Under the pieces are notes generated by a model. That model saw only the letters and a list, made by a program, of their open reading frames with translations. It was not told the DNA's origin and did no database searches. The translations under genes were made by a program, and so were the position numbers. This document shows, piece after piece, positions 31,239-39,567 of a stretch of DNA of 64,000 nt. The first letter of the stretch is position 1. Each line of letters opens with the position of its first letter. Where the stretch lies: the NCBI GenBank assembly GCA_963691875.1, contig OY829846.1:3840001-3904000 (forward strand), given 5' to 3'. The DNA is from Aureliella sp. Lineage in GTDB: Bacteria; Planctomycetota; Planctomycetia; Pirellulales; Pirellulaceae.

Positions 31239-32230
31239 GATCCAGCAACCTCCGGCTGCGTCACCTGTGCTGCTTCCTCAATATCGGCTGACACTGCTGG
31301 AATCGGTACTTTCACCAATTCCTGCATCCGAGCCGCCTCAGCCTTGACACGCAATTCCACTTCCCAACCCTCCAGGCGAATCCGAGTATCAAGATATCCC
31401 AGAAAGCGAAAGACGGTCACGAGAATCCCGATCAGCCACAGAGCTAGTGGAACAGTGAACCGATTATGCACACTCATCCAGGACCATGACCAAATGCCAA
31501 AGGCGGTCCCTACTACCCAGAGGATCGAAAGTACGATCATTGCCCACAGCAAAGCACCAAAGAACGATGCGCCGATGTGACGAGCGATATTGTCTGAAAT
31601 CACCAAACGATGAAGCCCACGACTACGCTGAGCGTAGGACACCTGCCCCTTTTTCTTCGATCTCAACTTGCAGAGCTCTAGACCCAGAATCTCAGGAGCG
31701 AAGGGCCAAGCGGCGCGTATGAATAGAGCCACAGCGCAGGGAACCATCAAAACCCAAAACTCAACCAGCCAATCCCAAATCAAATAGCGATCTACGAAAC
31801 ACTCCGCTGCAATGCACAGCAGCCCCAAGCGAAACACACCAAGCACCAACATACAGCGCCACAGCACAGGCTTGAGCTTCTTCATGACACTCCGCCAGTC
31901 AGCAGGCTCAAAGAAGATTTGATTGCCCAAGAAAATCGTCGTCGGCAGAGAGATCAAGGGAAACTGCATGATGAAAAGCAAGCAGTTATGGAAGAGGTGC
32001 CGCCAATGCATAGCGACTTCTGGAGAATCCATATACTCCATCTGCATATATGCATCTTCGGTGAGCATCCACCAAGTAAGCCAAGCGTTCAACAAGAGCA
32101 GCGGCAGACCAAACACAGCACTGGTCAACATGATCCGCCACCAATGCCGCTGCAGCACTAGCATGCTGAGGTCAAAAAGCTCGATGGCCGAGCGCTGCCG
32201 GATGACAATCTCAGTCTTATCAAGCTGCAT
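31235..32230 (-). CDS. Integral membrane protein of the RDD/SpoIIM/MoxR operon
   Basis: N-terminal IRQRSAIELFDLS and C-terminal YLDTRIRLEGWEVEL. About 6 TM helices. Start placed at MQLDK (32230). Confidence 0.85.
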   Translation of the reverse strand: MQLDKTEIVIRQRSAIELFDLSMLVLQRHWWRIMLTSAVFGLPLLLLNAWLTWWMLTEDAYMQMEYMDSPEVAMHWRHLFHNCLLFIMQFPLISLPTTIFLGNQIFFEPADWRSVMKKLKPVLWRCMLVLGVFRLGLLCIAAECFVDRYLIWDWLVEFWVLMVPCAVALFIRAAWPFAPEILGLELCKLRSKKKGQVSYAQRSRGLHRLVISDNIARHIGASFFGALLWAMIVLSILWVVGTAFGIWSWSWMSVHNRFTVPLALWLIGILVTVFRFLGYLDTRIRLEGWEVELRVKAEAARMQELVKVPIPAVSADIEEAAQVTQPEVAGS

Positions 32231-33206
32231 CCGAGTCCCCCGAGGGATAACCCAACACAACGAAATAGAACATCAGCAGAGTACTACTAAACATCCCCCA
32301 CAGGACCTTGGCCAAGTACGGCAATGAACTCGGCGAGATCATCCCTTCGGTCATAGCTGCTAAGAAAAACAGCATCACAGAAGCAGCCATGACTGGGATT
32401 GCCTCTTGAGCGCGGGCTTGCATTGAATCGAGTCGAGTCAGATTCCTGGGAATCAACCACCCGAGCCCGATCCTCAGACCTGCGGCCGCAGCCAGCGCTA
32501 TGGCCGTCAACTCGAAAGGTCCATGAGCCGTGACGAACTCCAAGAAATTATCGCCCCCAGGCGTGCCTTCGCGAGCCATGTAACCGAACGTTGTTCCCAG
32601 AAGGCAAGCGTTGAACCCGGTCGTCAGAAGCCCAGGGATAACAAGAGGCCCTAGCGCAAAACACTGCAAGCCAATACCAGTGTTGTGGTTTATGTAACCC
32701 GAGACTGCGATTACATTCTCGCCCACCCCGCGCTCAAACTCGACTGCCTCGTACTGCTCTTCCATCATCTGCATCATGTCGGTACCCATAACTCTTTCAG
32801 CAAAGCCTGGGTAAGCCTCTTCGTTGTATGCCAGATAACTGGAAAAAGCAAAGACGCCAAAAAACAAAATGGAACAGATATGAACGCATCGATCTGTAAA
32901 AATCTGCCGCGGAGCCTGTCGGAACAGCACATCCCACCAAAGCTGTAACTGAAACCGTCTCGAACGATACAGTGCATTATGAGCTTTGCCAACAAGTCCA
33001 TGAAGATAATTGACCATCTCAGGCGAGAGCCGGTATTGATCCGCCATAGATAGATCTGCGCAGGCAGCTCGATACAGCGAACACACCTCGGCCAACCGCT
33101 TTCCTGGAATCCCACGCGTTCCACGTGCAGAGATCTCGCCGATCATTTGTTCTAAACGATTCCAGTCCGCTTGACGCTTGTGAATCGTTTCGGGCAAACC
33201 AACCAT
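32220..33206 (-). CDS. SpoIIM (DUF95)-family membrane protein
   Basis: W..LE, LYR....DLS, YL..LV..AH...Y, YINHNTGIG, AHGPFELTAI and AAMTEG motifs. Confidence 0.92.
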   Translation of the reverse strand: MVGLPETIHKRQADWNRLEQMIGEISARGTRGIPGKRLAEVCSLYRAACADLSMADQYRLSPEMVNYLHGLVGKAHNALYRSRRFQLQLWWDVLFRQAPRQIFTDRCVHICSILFFGVFAFSSYLAYNEEAYPGFAERVMGTDMMQMMEEQYEAVEFERGVGENVIAVSGYINHNTGIGLQCFALGPLVIPGLLTTGFNACLLGTTFGYMAREGTPGGDNFLEFVTAHGPFELTAIALAAAAGLRIGLGWLIPRNLTRLDSMQARAQEAIPVMAASVMLFFLAAMTEGMISPSSLPYLAKVLWGMFSSTLLMFYFVVLGYPSGDSDAA

Positions 33207-33208
33207 CG

Positions 33209-34252
33209 CTAAGACTGCTCCTGATTGGGACTAGATCGATTCGTAGCACCTGGATCGGATGGTCGCTCAGCCGGGCTTGCGGCAACGGGCGCAGCCGGCG
33301 TTGTCGCCACGGGTGGGACACTGGCAGAAACCACAGGAACCTGAGTAGCCAACGGAGCAACTCCCGGTGAGCTTACCAGCAGACCGGGCGCGGGAGCTTG
33401 CTTCCGCATGAGCTGACGTCCTTGCTCACGCTGCTCCTCCGACATGTAAGTCCGGACGTACACCGCACATAGCAACAGATCAGGACTTGTATCTGGCAGT
33501 AAGCCAAAACGCTGAATCAAAGGACCGGCCAAGTGGCGAGCGACATCATTTCTTCGCATCGAAGTCAATCTTCGGCGATTCTCCATGTACAGCCCCACGG
33601 TCTGGGCCATCGAGCCGGTAGCCTTGTAATTCGCCGGAATTAACTCAGCCAGTCCATAAACTCGGGCATCCTCGGGTTTTAAATTCAAGGGCAGACGACC
33701 GCCCTGCTCCGAAACCACCATGGTGCCTGCCGCCAAATCCCCGATCCGTTGCATCCGCCTGGTCAGCATCATAGTCACAAGACCAACGCAGCAAACCGGA
33801 AGCTGCGCTCCTTCCCACTCGGATATGAAAACTCGCATGGGTATGAGTAAGCACATATCTGCCGAACGCAAGATGTTGCGCAGCGCAGCTTGCTCACCAT
33901 TTATCGGTCTGCCGTCAATGGAAATGGTTCGCAACTTAAAAACCATTTTGCCAACGGTGCGGCCGTTGAACTGGGTCTCAAAAAACGCACCGTAAAACCA
34001 GCTCATCAGGAAAAAGCTGATGATGAAGCCAACGACCAAGAAGGGCCCGAAGACTTGAGCAAGAAAAGGCGAGAGGCCGAAACCAATCGTCAGGACAAAG
34101 CCGAGTCCGAAGAAAACCGCAACGCGAATAAAAATATCTACCAGAAAAGCTGGAAACCGCTGAAAAGGACCTGCCAACGTATACTCAAATTCGATGTTCT
34201 CCGGCGTTTTCACACGCACGAAGCAGTCAAGTTTTTCCGCAGTCTGTTCCAT
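33209..34252 (-). CDS. RDD family protein
   Basis: TPENIEFEYTLAGPFQRFPAFLVD, NGRTVGK, LRNILR.AD and QRIGDLAAGTMVV motifs. Pro/Ala-rich tail. Confidence 0.93.
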   Translation of the reverse strand: MEQTAEKLDCFVRVKTPENIEFEYTLAGPFQRFPAFLVDIFIRVAVFFGLGFVLTIGFGLSPFLAQVFGPFLVVGFIISFFLMSWFYGAFFETQFNGRTVGKMVFKLRTISIDGRPINGEQAALRNILRSADMCLLIPMRVFISEWEGAQLPVCCVGLVTMMLTRRMQRIGDLAAGTMVVSEQGGRLPLNLKPEDARVYGLAELIPANYKATGSMAQTVGLYMENRRRLTSMRRNDVARHLAGPLIQRFGLLPDTSPDLLLCAVYVRTYMSEEQREQGRQLMRKQAPAPGLLVSSPGVAPLATQVPVVSASVPPVATTPAAPVAASPAERPSDPGATNRSSPNQEQS

Positions 34253-34389
34253 AAATCTTGCGATAACTCACGAGTCTAACTTTGAACTAGTTTAACAGCT
34301 AACCAAGGCGTCGAGTAGGCAATATGTGGGACAAAGCAGAAGACCAAAAGGGTGGACAATTCCTAAGCTGATCTCTTCATGCGAGGGTT

Positions 34390-35148
34390 TTAGCTTGGGT
34401 TGAGGGTCAACTTCATCAGAGGACCAAGAGTCGCCAGCGCACCAACGCCCTCTTCAAGCCCATCCAACAACTGCAGCCTCCAAGACTTAGGGTCCATCCA
34501 GGAGTTGAGCCGACAACTACCATCCTCTTCCAGGTGCAGCTGAAGGCTCGCGTCGATGGCACTTGGCCGAAAGCTCTCTCGGGGAATGGGAATTGGCAAT
34601 GAAGTTTTCTGAAGCCCCTCAGCGATTCCCAAACCCATCGCCTTGAGTAGAGCTTCTTTGCAGACCCAGAGCTGTAGTACGTGCTCATCGTGGTTTCTAG
34701 GTAACCAAGCCGCCCAACCGGACTCTTCCGACGCAGACACAACCTGGGAAATGATCGAACGATAATTCACTCTCGGGCGAAACAACTCGAGATCGATCCC
34801 CAATGGCATCGAACCAATCGCTATCAGTCCGCGACCTTCCGAGTGGCTTACGTTAAAATGCACGCGCTCTTTCGAGCTTAGCTGAAGCGTTCCTTTGGAA
34901 AGATACGGCTTGCCCCACTGCTCGTAGTCAAAGCGAATCTGCTGCGGCTCAAGCTCTAGGAATTCACCTAGCAAGATGCGGAGATGTGCTCGCGCGGCGA
35001 TATAGCGAGTTTGCAATTCCTCCGTCACAAAACGTGAAGCTCTCGCGCGTTCATTCGGTGCCAACAGTTCCTTCCAACGACCAACTTGCGTAGGCTCGAT
35101 ATCCAATCCAAACTGCCAAACACGGACCTCGCCAAAACCAAGTTGCAT
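34390..35148 (-). CDS. Sfp-type 4'-phosphopantetheinyl transferase
   Basis: E..RA.RF, GKP, HFNVSHS, LGIDLE and WVCKEALLKAMGLG motifs. Confidence 0.93.
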   Translation of the reverse strand: MQLGFGEVRVWQFGLDIEPTQVGRWKELLAPNERARASRFVTEELQTRYIAARAHLRILLGEFLELEPQQIRFDYEQWGKPYLSKGTLQLSSKERVHFNVSHSEGRGLIAIGSMPLGIDLELFRPRVNYRSIISQVVSASEESGWAAWLPRNHDEHVLQLWVCKEALLKAMGLGIAEGLQKTSLPIPIPRESFRPSAIDASLQLHLEEDGSCRLNSWMDPKSWRLQLLDGLEEGVGALATLGPLMKLTLNPS

Positions 35149-35262
35149 CTAAATGAATTACCTCAGGAACTCGCAGCTCATTTTGCGAACCAATACTTCT
35201 CGCTTAGCTAGCCTAAGAATAGTTGTGACGTTGACAAGTAGCTCGAAGCTCAACTTACGCCA

Positions 35263-36165
35263 ATGAGAAATGAACTTGAAAAAATCCTAAGATCAGCCAT
35301 CGGGGAACGAGTTAGGATTTCTCGAATGTCGCCCGTGTCGGGAGGTTGTATCGCCGACGCTCAGCACATTGTGCTTAACGACGGACAACAGTTTTTCGTG
35401 AAATCAATGCCGCCGACTAACCTTTCACAACGCGCGCTCGAAGCCGAAGCAATCGGACTTCGGGCAATTGCTCAAACGAACACGCTCTCTGTTCCCGAAG
35501 TGATTTTATGCAGCGGGGCAGGGGAGCGAGAGTTCTTGGTCCTTGAGTGGATCGAACAAGGACCGCAACCGCGCAACTTTTTCTCCGAGTTAGGTGCCGG
35601 CCTTGCATATCTGCACAAGTCGGATTCACCCGATCATGCAGGCGTCGGTTTTGGCTGGAAGCAAGATAATTTTCTCGGCAGTAACCTGCAGCCAAACCAA
35701 CCTACAACCGATTGGTGCCAGTTCTTTGCCGAACATCGACTCCGCTATCAGCTACAACTTGCCCAGGAGAAACAATCCGGGACACCCGAACTATACAATC
35801 AAGTCTCCTGGATCTGCGAACACCTCCATGTGCTCGTTGGCGAAATTCCAATTGAAGCAAGCTTGCTGCACGGGGATCTTTGGAACGGAAATTTCGTGTG
35901 CTCTAAAGAGGGAGCGCCTGTGATATTTGATCCGGCAACTTACCGAGGCCATCGCGAAGCGGACTTAGCAATGCCGCTCATCTTTGGCGGGTTCTCTGTG
36001 GAATTCTGGAAAGCCTATGAAGAAGTCTGGCCTCTCGAGCCGGGATTTGAAGAGCGTGTAGAACTGTACAAGCTGTATCACTACCTCAACCACCTAAATC
36101 TCTTCGGTACCGGCTACCTCGAAGACTGCCTCCGCATCTCGCGACGCTTCACGCCCTCCAACTAA
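35263..36165 (+). CDS. Fructosamine kinase family protein
   Basis: VSGGCI, FFVK, EA.GL, FGW..DNFLG...QPN, LLHGDLWNGN, FDPATY.GHREADLAM and LY.LYHYLNH motifs. Confidence 0.93.
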   Translation: MRNELEKILRSAIGERVRISRMSPVSGGCIADAQHIVLNDGQQFFVKSMPPTNLSQRALEAEAIGLRAIAQTNTLSVPEVILCSGAGEREFLVLEWIEQGPQPRNFFSELGAGLAYLHKSDSPDHAGVGFGWKQDNFLGSNLQPNQPTTDWCQFFAEHRLRYQLQLAQEKQSGTPELYNQVSWICEHLHVLVGEIPIEASLLHGDLWNGNFVCSKEGAPVIFDPATYRGHREADLAMPLIFGGFSVEFWKAYEEVWPLEPGFEERVELYKLYHYLNHLNLFGTGYLEDCLRISRRFTPSN

Positions 36166-36542
36166 GCACTGACTGCAAATCCCTCGCACATCTCAAGAGT
36201 CGCGATGAGCTGCGGATGCGTGAATGGCTTCCCCAAGAACGCATCCATTCCAAATTCTCGGGCCGCCCTCCGAGTCTTTTCATCCATGAACCCGGACATA
36301 CCGACAATGAAAGGACGTTTCGCAAGTGACAATTTGCGAATACGTCGAGCCCCTTCCAATCCATTCATCTCCGGCATCGAGATGTCCATCAAGATAATGT
36401 CTGGCCCGAAAGTCTGCGTATTTTCGATGGCCTCCATGGCAGAACCGACGATTAAATACTTCTTACACAGATGCATCAGCATAGCTTCTGCCATGACGCG
36501 AATCGGATCTTTGTCGTCAACAAACAGGATCTTCGTCATCAT
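36162..36542 (-). CDS. Single-domain response regulator (CheY-like)
   Basis: ILFVDD, DIILMDISMPEMNGLE and FLGKPF motifs. Confidence 0.9.
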   Translation of the reverse strand: MMTKILFVDDKDPIRVMAEAMLMHLCKKYLIVGSAMEAIENTQTFGPDIILMDISMPEMNGLEGARRIRKLSLAKRPFIVGMSGFMDEKTRRAAREFGMDAFLGKPFTHPQLIATLEMCEGFAVSA

Positions 36543-36782
36543 TTCCCTTCTTTATTACGAATCAAAATCGCCCAACTGTTGATCTAAGGAGCCATTGTAA
36601 GGAGCGGTATGCACGGACAACAATACATTGGCGTCACGTCGCCAACTCACTTGGTTTACCGTTTACAGATACGACAGTTTCCAGTCGGAGTCTCACCAGC
36701 CAGTGACTACACTTAGGGCTGACGATTACAACCCACGGCACACACTAATGGCGATTGATGGCTCGGTGCAGGGATCAAAAAG

Positions 36783-37094
36783 ATGAAACAAGTCATTGCA
36801 GTTGTCCGCCCTTATTTAGCGGAACGTGTCATTGAAAACCTCAAGCTAGCACCGCTTGAAGCGTTAATGGTTCAAGAAGTAAAGGGACACGGGCGGCAAA
36901 AGAGCTACTTGGATGACTATCAAGACAGCGAATATGATCTCGCCTTTTTGCCGAAAGTCGAAATTACGATGTGGGTCGAGGATTTGAGAGTCGAAGAAGT
37001 GCTGCGTCGATTGACCGACGTCTCACGCAGCGGCCGCATGGGTGACGGCAAAGTCTTTGTCATGCCACTGGATGGTTTTGCCGTCAACGAATAG
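36783..37094 (+). CDS. PII-family nitrogen regulatory protein (divergent, C-terminally short)
   Basis: MK...AVVRP, EVKGHGRQK, EY...FLPKVEI and SGRMGDGKVFV motifs. Confidence 0.9.
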   Translation: MKQVIAVVRPYLAERVIENLKLAPLEALMVQEVKGHGRQKSYLDDYQDSEYDLAFLPKVEITMWVEDLRVEEVLRRLTDVSRSGRMGDGKVFVMPLDGFAVNE

Positions 37095-37282
37095 CTCGTA
37101 TGCCTCGTCAACTGGCTTTTGTAAACCGCTCCCAACCCGACTTATAAAGACCGCTCTTTTCGGGAACTCGGCCAGATCACCCCGCGTCTTACTACCTTTG
37201 AAATGGTTGATCCAGTTGCAAACTGGCCTTTCTTTCATCAGTAAGTCAACATTCAAACCAATTTAGATATCAGGTCTATCAG

Positions 37283-38227
37283 ATGTGCTGCTTTACTCAA
37301 CCCGTTGAACGTGTCGGAAAAACTAGGATCTTTACCCGACTCACTGGCGAAGGATCTCAATTCATCGCGTATCAAATGGAGTACGAATCCAAAACCAAAA
37401 ACGCGATGATCTTGCCTATTCCGTCTGCCCCAAATCCCACCGAAAGGTTGGCTCGATTTCTTGACTTGAAAGACAACAACGGATTCTTCGATCAGTTACA
37501 TCGGGCGTTTCCGACACCTGTTCCGCCAGCTGGAAGCGACAGCATCGCAAGTTCACGTTCTGGAGCAGTCGCCAACAGTGTCAAGCTAGCTGTGAAGGAA
37601 GTTGGTGACTTCATCGCTTCCGTCGTTCCAACATTAGCTGACTTCTCGCGTTTGGATCCACAGTTCGTGATCGCGCCAGACGTCTGGAAGCAGATCCCAG
37701 AGTACGCCGACTACTCCTTCATCGTATTCCAACTTGAAAAGTTATCTGGCAAGCCCCACCCGATGGCTTTCGAATTCGAATCTCGGCTCAAGGAAGAACT
37801 CTTCTTCCCGACAGTCCACATCCACGACGGCGAAGTACACAAGAGGGAGCATTTTGACCACGAACTCTATTGCCAACACGCCGCGTTTGACGCCGTCGTC
37901 GGCAAATACACTCGCTCCACCGACAAGAAAACCGGCTTAGTTCGCTCCAAAGGACCAGCTGGAAACTACGTTAATGCCGAGAAGTCAAAGGGGCTGATCG
38001 AACCTAACTTGTTACTGCACCGGAAACGCATGCGAGGCAATTTGACAAACAGGGACGTGCGGGTTCGAGCAACAGGCGATCCACTGAAAATCAGTGCAAT
38101 CTCCAATCCTTCTCGTTGGTGGACCGTCGGAGGATTGCTTGGGGCATCCATGCTACCACTTGGGTGGGTCATCCGCCGCAGGCAGTTTCTCGCAAAGAAT
38201 TCTGTCGAAACCCCAGAAACCAAGTAA
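37283..38227 (+). CDS. Hypothetical protein (DUF2330-like N-terminus) with C-terminal membrane anchor
   Basis: 314 aa. MCCF start, AMILPIP, HPMAFEF and LFFPTVHIHDG segments. Hydrophobic tail ending IRRR. Confidence 0.65.
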   Translation: MCCFTQPVERVGKTRIFTRLTGEGSQFIAYQMEYESKTKNAMILPIPSAPNPTERLARFLDLKDNNGFFDQLHRAFPTPVPPAGSDSIASSRSGAVANSVKLAVKEVGDFIASVVPTLADFSRLDPQFVIAPDVWKQIPEYADYSFIVFQLEKLSGKPHPMAFEFESRLKEELFFPTVHIHDGEVHKREHFDHELYCQHAAFDAVVGKYTRSTDKKTGLVRSKGPAGNYVNAEKSKGLIEPNLLLHRKRMRGNLTNRDVRVRATGDPLKISAISNPSRWWTVGGLLGASMLPLGWVIRRRQFLAKNSVETPETK

Positions 38228-38310
38228 GCTTCGCAGTGTAGAAGGAGTCGTCAAGATATCAGCCCTGAGAAGATTCTTGACACACTCCGCGTCTGACTCA
38301 TACTCATGCA

Positions 38311-39336
38311 TCAAAGCCCGGGCGAAGCACCAGGCACCGCGGCGACCGATCCAGCCCGCTGATTTTCGTAAATCGAAAACTCGGCCCAAATTGGCAAGTG
38401 GTCGGAAATCCGAAGAGCGTCTTCTTGGTTAATCCCAAACGCAGATTCTAAGTCCAGGATGCCACTACGACCACTGAACTCCGTTGTCGCATACTGGTTA
38501 ATAACAAAGTTATCGTATGTCTTATCTTTACGCGTATTGGTTGGAACGTTCACCAAGGAAACCAAAGCTGGATCTTTCTCCAAGCCTTGGAGCTTTCCCG
38601 GACGCGCGTTGAGATCACCAAGCAACAAGATATCATCCTCAGGATACTCGTATCGCCGCACACTGTCATAAACAAACGCCAGCGCATTCAGCTCCTGCAT
38701 TGTTTCCTCTGGATCCGTGTGAACGTTGATCAGCAGGAATCGAAACGGCTGCTGAGAAGTCGCTACTTGGAACCGTCCGACAAACGGTTCGCGATGCATT
38801 AGATCACTTTCATCTGTCACGACGTAGGTATACTTCTGGCCTGCATGAATCCTGCTGGTATCCCACAGGAACACGTATTGCTCAGCATTTTTCGTACGAC
38901 CAATTCTTGGGCTTATAGAGAATTCGTACCGAGCTCCATTTTGATTCACCCATTCCAGTAGTTTGGGTACGGCATTCTGCTCTTTGGAAGTCACTTCCTG
39001 CAACGCAATCACGTCAAAGCAGCGAATCACTTCACTAAACCGTTGCATTACCCATTTGTCCTTTAATTTGGTGGGCCCGAACTGCTTCATGTTGAAGCTG
39101 CCAACCAAAATTGTCTTCTCGGTCCTAGCAGGAATTGCACTTTCATTAATCTGAGCCTCGGCCTGCTGGACATCGGTTGCAGTTTGATGCTGCAACCACT
39201 GAGGTATTGCGTCAGAATTGCACCCTAAGTAACCACCGGTTCCCAGGAGTGATATAACCGCCATTGGATAGAACGGCAGTTTGCTGAACTTCCAACGCGG
39301 AAAGAAGCTCCTTGATCGGCGGCGTCGACGAGCCAT
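38311..39336 (-). CDS. DNase I-like endonuclease/exonuclease/phosphatase, membrane-anchored or exported
   Basis: SFNMKQFG, DVIALQEV, EQYVF, REPF, NVHT, LLGDLNA, YDNF and ISDHLPI motifs. Basic N-terminus followed by a hydrophobic segment. Confidence 0.9.
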   Translation of the reverse strand: MARRRRRSRSFFPRWKFSKLPFYPMAVISLLGTGGYLGCNSDAIPQWLQHQTATDVQQAEAQINESAIPARTEKTILVGSFNMKQFGPTKLKDKWVMQRFSEVIRCFDVIALQEVTSKEQNAVPKLLEWVNQNGARYEFSISPRIGRTKNAEQYVFLWDTSRIHAGQKYTYVVTDESDLMHREPFVGRFQVATSQQPFRFLLINVHTDPEETMQELNALAFVYDSVRRYEYPEDDILLLGDLNARPGKLQGLEKDPALVSLVNVPTNTRKDKTYDNFVINQYATTEFSGRSGILDLESAFGINQEDALRISDHLPIWAEFSIYENQRAGSVAAVPGASPGL

Positions 39337-39567
39337 TCCAAAGCCTCCTTGCTTCAGGAATGTTTTGAGTGCGGACGAGAGTTGCTAGCGATTTCGTTTT
39401 CACCAAGTGTTCGAAGAGCATTCAAGGCTCAACGATTTCAGTCTTAAGTCGAAAATCGCTCATAACGACCCGAAGCGTGAGCTAAGAACAACTAACTCTC
39501 CAAGCGGAACCGATACGAAAAAACGATACTCGACCGCAATATCAAATCCGGTTGCTCCTCCTATTGC

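Noticed and set aside
32220..33206. Sporulation function from the SpoIIM label
   Set aside because: The family is widespread in non-sporulating bacteria within RDD/MoxR operons, and no sporulation genes are present.
34390..35148. NRPS/PKS cluster around the Sfp-type PPTase
   Set aside because: No carrier protein, adenylation or ketosynthase ORF is in the window.
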